Below, in pieces: positions 15,001-19,879 of a DNA stretch of 36,479 nt. Both the position numbers and the translations under genes were made by a program. The DNA comes from Elusimicrobiota bacterium (GTDB lineage: Bacteria; Elusimicrobiota; Elusimicrobia; UBA1565; UBA9628). Within the stretch, counting starts at the first letter, position 1, and every line of letters begins with the position of its first letter. The stretch is taken from positions 1 through 36,479 of the forward strand of contig DAHVNA010000020.1 in the NCBI GenBank assembly GCA_027319565.1, written 5' to 3'. The notes beneath the pieces were generated by a model. That model had not been told where the DNA came from. It saw only the letters and a list, made by a program, of their open reading frames with translations, and did no database searches.

Positions 15001-18000
15001 GTCACATATGATTTCTCGCAATTTGCTTCAATCGGCAGTTTTGACGGAATCGGGGTTTCTTCCGCCGGAGCGTTTGCGGTCCAGGTGCCCAACGTCGCGG
15101 TCTTAGTCGGAAGCCCGACCTTTGTCAGTAATCCCTTGACCGAGGTCAATAAGGTTCAATCCACCTTAACCTTGGGGGTTAATGACGTGGCGGCCAATAT
15201 CCCGCCGGTGACGCAGGCGGCTCAAAATGTGGAGTTCTTGGCCTTTAACCTGGTCACCAACGTGGGACTCTCTCCCTGGAGAAATATTATCTTAGAGCGC
15301 GGCGGAGCCTCTCAGAATCCAAACACTCCTTTAGGCGCCAACACCGACGTTAAATTTGTCCGGGTCTGGAAAGACCTCAATAATAACGGGATTTTGGATC
15401 CCGGAGATCTGGATATTTCGGACGCCAACACCGCCTTGGGAGCCGCTGTTTCATCGAATACCGGGGTTTTCTATTCAACAGCCGGGTATGTGGTTGGCTA
15501 TTCGACTTTCGACTTAGTTGTCATTTCCACTAATGGATTTCCCAGAAACAATGTGGGTAATATGGTGGGAGGACAAATCTACGTGGGCGGAGCGGAACTG
15601 ATGACCTTCTCAGGTCCTGGATGTCAATCTAACCCGACTCCCGGAATCGATACTCTGACTGGAGATCCGTGCCTCTCGATATCTTCAAGAGGAAACGCCT
15701 TGGGCGCCGGGCCAACGCCGATTCTCTCTTGGTCGAGCGGAACCGTGGCCGAGAAAGTCGATGTTTTTGATCAGCTCAATAATAAAGATGTCGACCACAC
15801 GGTTTATCTTAACAGCGATCAACTCATCGCTCCGACGGCGCAGATGTTCTTTGTCGCTTATGATGTCGGCGATGACGCGGTTCCCTCGAACTTAATTGGA
15901 GTTAATATTCGCGCTCCCTCTTGGTTTGGTCTTCCGGATGGAGATCAAATGAGTTCAAATCTTTATCTGAACATCACTAAAAATAACCCGCTGGGAACGG
16001 CTACGACGGGATACCCTTTCGTGGGTTCTATTGTCGCGATTAGCCCGATTGCTTTGTCGGTTTCAGGCTTTACGATCGCGCCTGCCGGAGCGGCTCCGGG
16101 ACAGCAAAATGTTCCCTTGCTAGAGCTTCAGCTCAATACCAATAGCGATTTTACCAATATCTCGACGATGAGAATCACCCAGATTGGGGGCCCCACCAGC
16201 CCTGTGCCCAATGGCGATTTTTCCAGCATGAGCGTCTGGCTTGATAACGGCAGCGGAGTTTTCTTGCCGCAATATGAGTCGGAACTGGGCTCTTTCAATA
16301 TGGTTAGCGGATCTTCGATTGCGCTCGTCAATTTCAACTATCAAGGGATTCCGTATCTGAGCGTCAGCACAAACACAACGACCCTTTATGTCGCCGCGAA
16401 CATCTCCACTGGCGCGGTGATTGGAGACGCTTCCGGGGCGTTGTTGGCTAAATTTAGCGATATGCTTTCCGAAAACGGGAGTCCTCTGCCGGTGGAATCT
16501 AATCCTTCAGAGGCGCCTCCAATTCAGTCGGCTCTGACTACGATCGCGCCCTTGACCGTTCCATCGGTGTGCCTGAGCACTTCCGCCCCGCCAGTCATTG
16601 TTGTCCGCGCCCAGGCGGGCGTTCCAGGAATCGCGGTGGGACAACCCGCTTTTGCCCAAATCAATGCCAGCGGCTGCAACAACGGGCAAGACCCCACCAA
16701 TCCTAGAAACAATATTTGCCGCGATCAAAATGGGGATCCGATTCCCAATCAATCGTTGTGGATTTGCGCCAACGGGACCCCTTGGAAAACCAATTGTCCC
16801 AATAGCTACCCGCTTATTGACATTAACGGCGACGGGGTTCCGGATAATTTTGCCTGGGGCGCGAGTACGATCCCTGATCAAGTGTCTCTGACCTGCGACG
16901 GAATTCCCACCACCGATCTGACCGGAACGGGGGTTTTGGATTTTGACCTCAACAAAGACGGGATTGTGGACATGGTTTTCCCGAACGGATTTGGAGGCAT
17001 TCAAATCCTGTTGGGAAATAATATCGCCGAGCAGGGAAATAGCGCGGCGGCGGTCCCGGTTCCCGACCAAGGTTTTGTGCCTTCAGCCTGGACCGGGCGC
17101 ACCAATCAACTTCCCGTGGCGCTCCCCAATATTTCTATTCCTGGAAGTTATCAAGTCGCGGTCGGGCCCTATTACAGTAATCCAACGGGCTATAGCGTCG
17201 TTTGGTCCTCTCTTACGGTCACCAGCGTTTCGACGACTGTCGTGAGTGGAACTCTTACTTCCGGAATTGTTCAGAACCTGACCTTGTCTTCCCCTCATAT
17301 CACGCATTTAACCAGCGCGATGACCCCTAATACCACCAGCTTTACCGTTGATGACGCTTCTTCCCTTCAACTGCCCGGGCTTCTCTATGTCGGCAGCGAG
17401 ATTTTAAGAGGAGAAAATGCGGGCAGCAATCGGATTAACGTCATCAGCCAAGCCGGAGACCCCGCCCCCGGAACCGGGCGCGGTCTTGAAGGCAGTTCTC
17501 CCATTCTTCATCTATCCGGAGAGCCGGTTTCTGACGGCGCCGCGATTCTCTTTGCCCGATATGTGACTTCCGCGGGAGTCATATCTCAGCCTCGGGCGGT
17601 TCAGGTCTTTAGACCCGATCCCTCTATTCCTGCGCCACCGACCAACGTGCAGGTTTCGGAGACCAGTCAGACTAGCTATCCGATTAACTGGACTCCTTCC
17701 ACCGATCCTGATTCCGGAGTCTTGGGATATGAAATTCAAGAGCGCGGCGGGGCTCCCACTGATTTGGCGGCCAATGTCGTTTGGAGAACGATTAATTTCA
17801 TCTCGGCTCGCGTTCCCACCTATTTTGTCGGCGATCCCGAGTATCCGGGTGAAACCCCGCGCCCCACGGGAGATTTCTTTACCTACCAGATTCGCTCCTT
17901 CTCCGGCTCGGGAGTGTTTTCGCCTTTCTCGGCTTTATCGACCAGCGTTCAAACCAGCGCGATTACGACTCCCATTGCCGGGGTGAGCAATTATCCCAAT

Positions 18001-18282
18001 CCTTTTAATACTGACAAAGGAGAACAGACCTGTATTTCCTATATCCTAGGCGCGGACTCCGATGTCACCATCACTCTCTATGACTTGTTGGGTTATGTCG
18101 TCAGGACTCTCAGTTATTCTTCCGGCCAGCAAGGCGCGGTGGCCGGCCAAAACTGCGCGATGTGGGATGGGAAGGCTTCCTCGGGGCGTTATGTCGCTAT
18201 GGGAGGCTATATTGCCCGCATTCAAGTGAAAGGACCTCTAGGCTCTTCGACTCAGATTCGAAAAATCGGAGTGATTCATTAA
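1..18282 (+). CDS. Giant secreted/surface protein, 5'-truncated (>6,090 aa in window): Ig-like repeat arrays, Ca-binding DxDxDG-type loops, FN3 domain, C-terminal FlgD-Ig/T9SS-CTD-like domain
   Basis: Frame 1 is open from base 1 (TPVYSSTSSFTVGS...), so the GTG at 34 is probably not the start. About 10 repeats with D-x-x-x-P hinges (e.g. DNTPP) and '(I/L)xGTAxD...DxAGN'; about 17 'D-x-(F/Y)-x-N' Big/invasin-like repeats; 8 'VW.D...YFVxYDIS' domains; FN3 (PAPPTNV...INWTPSTD...GYEI); C-terminus SNYPNPFN...VTITLYDLLGYVVRTL...WDGK...GGYIARI. Stop TAA at 18280-18282. Confidence 0.93.
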   Translation, partial: TPVYSSTSSFTVGSPDLWQWDNAISPTNYLVNSVQYLVRAFGEDSANNQTIENIGSFTFDNEAPIAGIIVPSSGAFYNSLPTISGTATDNVGIATVTISIEDLTTGVCYSTGSGSFGGACPDYFPVAGNCQNAVGNPASCSWSYSNIPWSNEHQYLVLSKAEDLASNVQNTFALGVSSNAFVFDTTLPLVGLSTPPASIPEPPGSFRMSSVSPISGTASVPAPDHLALVQVCVQQLTGGLGDFWNPAVGAFDQTSCDWMAATTANSWVNWSTMTDIPWISGDQYAIIARSEDEAGNFSVPYSTYNIVFDNTPPITAVVLPASGTYVNASGIAQIYGTMQDQTQTGADTGTVTTVDIEINNITNDTCWNGTSFQAPPCPVLGGGAIVPVYQSSWSLNAAYVPPVVDLISGDSYYLTTSGTDNAYPAGNVEAYSSSINSQVVVDTIPPNGVVTSPTNGAVVASLATITGTAQDVGPNPSGVSNASQISVSIGQVSPGNGCWNGTITGGTFTLSGCPIFYPITNSGLGGTYSAGFWSVNAPPLTTKYTYRVWVQVTDNAGNVEPLSEVSSMTFTYDTTAPGIAITAPVGLPAVGGNLNAITTLAGTASDEFGISYASVAFQEADTLMYYSGVTSTFSSTTPVWFNAPVTGTAPNFSWISSTWPAIAPTTGRKYNIYAEAANLSGVVTTPVSITIEWDTTPPLSAPTFPANISYVNNISSITGTAQDPGTSPSGVAGVQTQIESVSQNSCWTGSAFTGTCGLTGAWLSGAVLGVPVGGVYPWTDTTSLPPSNNSGGFANGSQYLVTSRAFDLATNTQTVTTQNSFYFDASSPTAVVQFPLQDKYYNSVPSITGTAQDNLPGDFNVLFPRVRIYDISLAEAWDSLDNKFDLPETSTSAWNVASSSSSTGAPFNWAFNTSGINWQPRDWATGSGYRIDVWVLDDAGNYTVTSTTFGFTNVPPSSLVTFPSPNGVWFDSMSVIDGTALDNYAPITNVSLEMWYSTNGVTNYWETVLPHWTTTPGFVPLNVTGAEGSAIAWNYTGVDFNDPTSNNFSWHGGAGNLPPDGMTFNLITQAVDAAGNVQTIYSTATFNFDNVPPTSGLQNPPPNSAQNSIGELIGTAADDASGVKSDVISIYQYETANYFNGTAFNSSSQMWITPNVYPSSWTYLNGSLSFVNGDHYIFYSSATDVATNVQTAVSASEVLFDTVPPTSNVISPSNGATDAQDEIISGAASDPGFTSGISGTGSGVYPGTTPTWQKGAIQIAVFLDTAPYAETSGPVAYPGWDSTGYWWNGSTWVAAGSVSSPPVWVNATYGSDGLGDWTYTGLVCPSPNPTNIPCWQDGQQYYTWSRSIDNAGNVENVINNGPLFFIAAPAVGFNVTISSNPSVAGSNGSEISMTVEAIDANGNRASGYQGNVSFYIDGVPGGPEVMGDNGNYAHDLAYGLPSAYTFTSGVGGDNGIHTFTDVLIRKAGNRQLRVEQSNNSSIFGVLPITVQPASPYQVQVIADYPSGQTPAPGTANGVSGSPSSFTDGTPVPFLVQVTDQFWNLTVSSSVSVNLLSSDPNDYCENSSAPLVFTGSTTVNHIFVTAGNQTLAASGAGIYPNSDNPSTTVPIVGQPASRLLAVLPGEALNQGKVCAQPFGKTGTPSPMEAGLKFGATVYGVDAYYNVDTSGNFQVAASLTNDPYAIEPSSQNLVNGTTEFFFTPVVAVSSEGIIAQASSLPAGTSFYITPNEPRAWWNTPVKLQLIAQGQVAAPGLAPYTANPTTGGRSVSTPTTLTAGVTTYLTVNVVDAYYNVVGGATPFMPSLPVSSYNIVAQMNFLGDPNIQGRGFEPNPYQLSLVNGTTQFSVIPVTENLTPGTSIQIVDTGLTGTNYFADTVSSIPVQANSAIALQVLVPSQQPDQGTALGKTGNAGPLTAGVSYNVVVRAVDEFNNLANSGRQVALLANDPYATIPSPQPLASGQTTFSGFIPSIATGNLTVEAYDDSGNTPALSSQTDSGITVNPGPASQLVVVPPGETLSGGKTTPPAGLTGTVSTQTAGAAFSVSIYATDSRYNWVDTYNATGLSLTSNDPLASNLGSFNLTNGSDVVSGITLYTAGTRSITASGGSLTASSSTLTVAPNSPVNLLVLLPTETRTPGLSGSTGRTGSPFTVQAGSPFNAEVDITDAFWNLEPGTSQQVELEASNPFGTVTPSSAVIVSSGIFSVTLRSATTQTLYAQMVQSPPPWGPALAVDTSSIVNVTPAPAKSLLIVLPGESFDQGSPTGKSGTPQPQTAGTAFNVTVGVVDQYFNLVPGYSDVVQVNTPLDPYAPAVATAPINTAFGYTNPPMSATLLMATTGDYLSADDFSASGLSPDPQSSTFTLTAAQAMGIQLVMPGETALPGSGNYPNGGMAGAISTATAGSSQAGVPYVATVNLVDKYMNVVGSAGQCPPVIVQTNDLYAVQVGTIPLANGGSLPVPLNFVTKSTQAQVQVGIGVDPAVCPTNAVCPANAGSVCLAEFPAAETPLFQVFASTAVAMKVILPGQSLTQGKCNVKPGIECAPITGEPGVTGSPDPFLIQVPATSMIADVYLVDAYNNITTNIPAGNSQQDTNPPATMPTVQLSFPSDPLASPPPSETLSLGNWPFSISPFTALSTYTVVASTTSTSVVSFSSATSDSFIVWPGPADYLEFSNYPSTISAGTPFAPDLAVYDKYRNLVSTGPNGYSDTVEYEGETFTNSIQNTSFVPSFVTFDSATDMGIIVDTPSVTLFKAGLRYIEAYDQANTNINTNVSGYSSNPEIYVNPGPPAAVAVSPSGPVSVSAGSLVPNAPGYQNITGQVVDAYGNTLTAAATVYIAIATDSVTSLGVGTTGYLALNYGSGWVDVGASTVVYTDSNGQVGVSTPTIAYFVSSHAGDWARIWVGTGTVPSNINPFITQQIDISGIITTVGGTPSQIVFISSQTQAFAGITSPTGAGALYTLERLDDFGNVSDEGNTTLIMQIPTAQETIHTNAGFALGTSGTGGDYGFMVLSGGQLFFTTQCFIPNGSSSCQVQYHDKMSSYSGLNPASNTGANGRPGYWTIQVLLSGSLAAQAQLQMNPDATYQMGFGNNYQEETAGTVLYNSQSVPFYAELQDIFGNPTVATETVEVQLSTVTRQPSPFDDFAGFSVSSAAFPASRLGVSPAFASPTSTLTISLNEYETTFYYMDTEASTAYASSAPVIGLTALNLPGLLTGTQPVDIVANDIDHIAITTSTAVQISSGSIATLQAGTTSQEFFLITQDVFDNPSPLLSGQDYHGTGSAHFELSSDSPGQVFFSTAQPGNFSVQPTTETMILTAYATGFYVIDDTVTVSGYHHLYATDLNGDGFLTVPSSYSVLPGPTAGIVFENPSRRLIAGTTIEYYPSYAVGAPTNTVISAALVDQFGNITTSTNTYTILYSADNSNAWMGTDPTAVILATSPSGSWNNVGPGVTFAVSIPGGSGLSAAPIYFWDTVAGTTTVTAQATLGGSNVFPLSSQQEIITPGTAYYITLHHPYDISNPLKVNVPGPISTTETLPNGTTVQWGVNARDLFGNVATGDSINGQYFSGEVDFFTSDSTQNVNLIDLLHGTTYHDFVPTDAGVYNDMQVTDKVVEALHVSATDFAAIPPIWGETEDGSRTDLYTSNPIERSTGDIYTAGVVVLPTDLAPQNPLPTAKQQAGVTLTTLAQGDGTTPQSPSPVPMIRLGLAIDPGGVPSLTAQLSEMNVFANSAGNLNNDHITQVGFYQDTDKTGVFDPVNDLLIASGTYDTTVNGWHFGDPAFSEIPMDQSQPAATTLTAAEQYFFVTIRIASSGYTTGELPASFGMDIVGPSDIILTSTSTVGMAINNFPIYTTTSTVLPGEPDIFVEGQSINAYWQPSGAPSPSTFTYVNQGVQNVGVLALQMWTNLYTGVINTLFVNNAGLDSDVNGVNLYLCTNASLQPINPCPGFAPAIDLLVASATFVSGSAQLNISDPSGVAGTIGTSTNTYFVAYDISPTAANGDAEGANITNGSVIAPSGAGLVQSFSQIVSATATIVATPNVVNLTAVNAAGGPSGNIEPIAASAVQNSTNVPVVKFTVQTYSGSAAWTGLKLDRWLPSTMLSGNGQYNASEAMVNKASDITNIRIWLDVPNSGLFSSTSDVIVSPVSITHVFPTTTLSQSLGATDTSPETIAVADASAMYSLDNPFANSQSNDPNPVTGQTFERLVINDAQTNELAKEVVYCYGVNFSTSVFTNCYRAQEGTAELAFSSGTIVSGPARLPIQGTLGTGNQALSPVAQNFFVTYDLSPFATVSSQAYVGAIIPSVSTVSFIDLNDSAGGEISLNDPSVNLSTVSLPGCLGPGTNGTIYEPSPYDSLILPSTNYFQIAAPKTVCPTGWGIAPIGETSIVRLQQVLHYPDLVDVIATDTIDGNISGSPSLAFQANSESFAQQNSTVAVAEMNLNTFISDGQLRWMVVFATGSATSGGVITPDVDMVSVWYDKNGDGVLDQGDVLLGTGTFGNYGGLPLEAQVNMFTPIGIVPNAYASQAQRYFIAYHITSNALPINPITFQPRTLGAMILPSTGTIGSFPEGQPTPPDNPVENSIVLPDSYDPASPLPFASQLRQIVASPQTLYVQATPYFSDQFGNSYPAPILEEAIPQEAAGTVDTSWVITSTAGLPTPTPGTTSYVLVDQEIVSYQGLGILLSGPTTGPALLGVTRGLVNTLPVAHSPGAVIAPTLQQGVSNAVALRLDVWSSGTQMEWNGVTLNRIIPTGLNGQDSDLLDVKMWDTCASGVSCVVGAPFAPSADLNIGESSMGAPDNPTAESALSLSNQGQPFAMITPSTITFYVTLDVSPSARFTYPTLAPYNEVTGVFASTVAFTTLPAGNSNSVCAAINGACSNQSQVASPAFVLVPTINTVSINLAQLSGQTVVQNTVNYPMLRLQMQTNQNSAIITGLTLQHITANGALDSDITAIKVWRSTDGVGAFDAADSSETASGTYPNMISFGNDLFSSGTASIILKDPILVSTTPWYYFVTYDFSQFASIGSFDGIGVSSAGAFAVQVPNVAVLVGSPTFVSNPLTEVNKVQSTLTLGVNDVAANIPPVTQAAQNVEFLAFNLVTNVGLSPWRNIILERGGASQNPNTPLGANTDVKFVRVWKDLNNNGILDPGDLDISDANTALGAAVSSNTGVFYSTAGYVVGYSTFDLVVISTNGFPRNNVGNMVGGQIYVGGAELMTFSGPGCQSNPTPGIDTLTGDPCLSISSRGNALGAGPTPILSWSSGTVAEKVDVFDQLNNKDVDHTVYLNSDQLIAPTAQMFFVAYDVGDDAVPSNLIGVNIRAPSWFGLPDGDQMSSNLYLNITKNNPLGTATTGYPFVGSIVAISPIALSVSGFTIAPAGAAPGQQNVPLLELQLNTNSDFTNISTMRITQIGGPTSPVPNGDFSSMSVWLDNGSGVFLPQYESELGSFNMVSGSSIALVNFNYQGIPYLSVSTNTTTLYVAANISTGAVIGDASGALLAKFSDMLSENGSPLPVESNPSEAPPIQSALTTIAPLTVPSVCLSTSAPPVIVVRAQAGVPGIAVGQPAFAQINASGCNNGQDPTNPRNNICRDQNGDPIPNQSLWICANGTPWKTNCPNSYPLIDINGDGVPDNFAWGASTIPDQVSLTCDGIPTTDLTGTGVLDFDLNKDGIVDMVFPNGFGGIQILLGNNIAEQGNSAAAVPVPDQGFVPSAWTGRTNQLPVALPNISIPGSYQVAVGPYYSNPTGYSVVWSSLTVTSVSTTVVSGTLTSGIVQNLTLSSPHITHLTSAMTPNTTSFTVDDASSLQLPGLLYVGSEILRGENAGSNRINVISQAGDPAPGTGRGLEGSSPILHLSGEPVSDGAAILFARYVTSAGVISQPRAVQVFRPDPSIPAPPTNVQVSETSQTSYPINWTPSTDPDSGVLGYEIQERGGAPTDLAANVVWRTINFISARVPTYFVGDPEYPGETPRPTGDFFTYQIRSFSGSGVFSPFSALSTSVQTSAITTPIAGVSNYPNPFNTDKGEQTCISYILGADSDVTITLYDLLGYVVRTLSYSSGQQGAVAGQNCAMWDGKASSGRYVAMGGYIARIQVKGPLGSSTQIRKIGVIH

Positions 18283-18339
18283 GGGGGCGGTGTGACAGCG
18301 GGTGTTCCAATGCGCACGTCGGGATACGCCTACTGGACT

Positions 18340-19215
18340 TTATCGCAGGGATTTTTTCATCCGATACATCGCGGTATCGGCGGCGCGGATGAGCCTGGCG
18401 ATATGGTGGATAGGCGGGGTTCCGGCAATTCCGTAGCTAAAACTAATCTGGGATTTTTTGGCGCGAGTCCAAATTCTGCTCATCACTGCCGCCGCTTTTT
18501 CGTGAGTGAGGCCCGGAAGTATGGCCGTAAATTCGTCTCCACCGTAGCGAAAAACCATGTCTTCTTCTCGCCTCAGAGAGTCGCGTAAAATCGCGGAAAA
18601 AGATTTAAGAAACCGGTCTCCGGCCTTATGCCCCTTGGAGTCATTGATCAATTTAAATTCGTTTAAGTCCATTAAAACAAGGGAGAGCGGATAATTTTGC
18701 CTTCGGGCTCGGGCCCATTCTTGTTTGAGGGACTGATCAAAATGGCGGCGATTAAAAAGGCCGGTCAAGTTGTCGGTGCGGGATAAATCTTCAAGTTTTC
18801 TTTCGAGTCGAACGCGGTCACTGATGTCTTTAAAGATGCCAAGAGTGCCGATAATATCTCCGCGCCTGTCTCTAAGCATTGAGGCTGCTAGGCTGGCGTA
18901 AATGATGCGCCCGTTTTTCCCTTTTAAAATCGTTTGATGATTTTTGATCTTGCCGTTCTCGGTTAAAAGCCGCATGATTTTTTTGGCTTCAAGAATTCCT
19001 CCTTGATAAATCTCGCGGGCGTAGCGGTTTCCCATCTCCCCGGCTTTAAAACCGATCATTTCTTCGGCGCCGGGGCTAAAATAGATAAATTTTCCCGACA
19101 TGTCGGTCGTGCAGATGGCATCCGGGCTTGAAGAAATAATGGCCTCAAGATATTCCTTAGCCCTGATAAAATCGCTCGAGAGGTGTATGAGCGGGGCGTC
19201 AATCAATTCGTTCAT
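18340..19215 (-). CDS. PAS-domain diguanylate cyclase
   Basis: PAS (SSPDAICTTDMSGKFIYFSPGAEEM...DISDR), then TDNLTGLFNRR, DLNEFKLIND..GH..GD, intact RYGGDEF and RxxD I-site (REED) five residues upstream. Confidence 0.93.
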   Translation of the reverse strand: MNELIDAPLIHLSSDFIRAKEYLEAIISSSPDAICTTDMSGKFIYFSPGAEEMIGFKAGEMGNRYAREIYQGGILEAKKIMRLLTENGKIKNHQTILKGKNGRIIYASLAASMLRDRRGDIIGTLGIFKDISDRVRLERKLEDLSRTDNLTGLFNRRHFDQSLKQEWARARRQNYPLSLVLMDLNEFKLINDSKGHKAGDRFLKSFSAILRDSLRREEDMVFRYGGDEFTAILPGLTHEKAAAVMSRIWTRAKKSQISFSYGIAGTPPIHHIARLIRAADTAMYRMKKSLR

Positions 19216-19234
19216 ATCTTTAGTATAAAGATAT
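19214..19234. promoter_or_regulatory. -10 box (TATACT on minus strand, 19222-19227) inside a perfect 9-bp inverted repeat; probable leaderless promoter/operator of the cyclase
   Basis: ATATCTTTA-GTA-TAAAGATAT; TATACT lies 6 nt before the ATG at 19215 and no SD is visible. Confidence 0.5.
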
Positions 19235-19273
19235 TCCCAATCGGAGGGTAGGGGCTAAAGTCCTAGGCGGCGT

Positions 19274-19816
19274 CTAGGACCTTGAACGGAAAAAACCGAT
19301 AATTTTTCCAAATATCACCGGGGAAGAATCGGATATCTTTAAAGGATGCCTTTGCGCCCATTGGATAATTCCTTTACTTACAAACGGTCTTTCCAAGAGA
19401 ATACAGCTGCCTTTGGCCAGAGGCTTGATTAGAGGCGCGCGGAATTCCCCCTGAGGAGGAGTCATGACCTGGACCACCATGCGCCCTTGTTCATCGGTAA
19501 AAGAGGTGGGTTCGTCATAAGAACCATTGACCACTTCCTCTAAAGCCGCAGAGTCGATTAAATGCTGATCGGATAAGGCAAGATAAGGGGTCAAACAGGG
19601 TTTTTGAGAGACGTGATCAGAAGAAATCCAATAAAGAGTCAAGGCGGAGGGAAGCGGTTTTGAGGGGAAATTTGCGGGCTGGTGTCCGCCCAGCCATATT
19701 TCTTCAATGCCAGCTTCGGCGGCGGCTTTAATTTGCCTCTCTAAAACTGTATCGCGCCCAATTTTTTCCAGTGCCATATCAGGGTGGGAAATCATCAGCA
19801 TCGCGCGGGTCATCAT
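19274..19816 (-). CDS. Hypothetical protein with a degenerate nucleotidyltransferase (NTP_transf/IPCT-like) fold
   Basis: ALEKIGRDTVLERQIKAAAEAGIEEIWL and YLALSDQHLID resemble sugar-nucleotidyltransferase segments, but the AAGxGxR loop is absent. Confidence 0.5.
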   Translation of the reverse strand: MMTRAMLMISHPDMALEKIGRDTVLERQIKAAAEAGIEEIWLGGHQPANFPSKPLPSALTLYWISSDHVSQKPCLTPYLALSDQHLIDSAALEEVVNGSYDEPTSFTDEQGRMVVQVMTPPQGEFRAPLIKPLAKGSCILLERPFVSKGIIQWAQRHPLKISDSSPVIFGKIIGFFRSRS

Positions 19817-19879
19817 AAGTTTTCCGTTTTGATTCTATCAATTTGGGGTTGGGGGTTTAAAACTTGCTAGCATCATTTT

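Noticed and set aside
203..17986. Dozens of short alternative-frame and antisense ORFs within the giant gene
   Set aside because: They are shadows of a long coding frame, with no recognisable motifs.
1..18282. DNA-level tandem repeats or diversity-generating retroelement targets in the giant gene
   Set aside because: Repeats are visible only at protein level; no near-identical TR/VR pair was seen by eye and there is no reverse transcriptase in the window.
18162..18588. Plus-strand ORFs after the giant gene (18292 has an SD-like GGGGG before GTG)
   Set aside because: Mostly antisense to the well-supported GGDEF gene, and no domain is recognisable.
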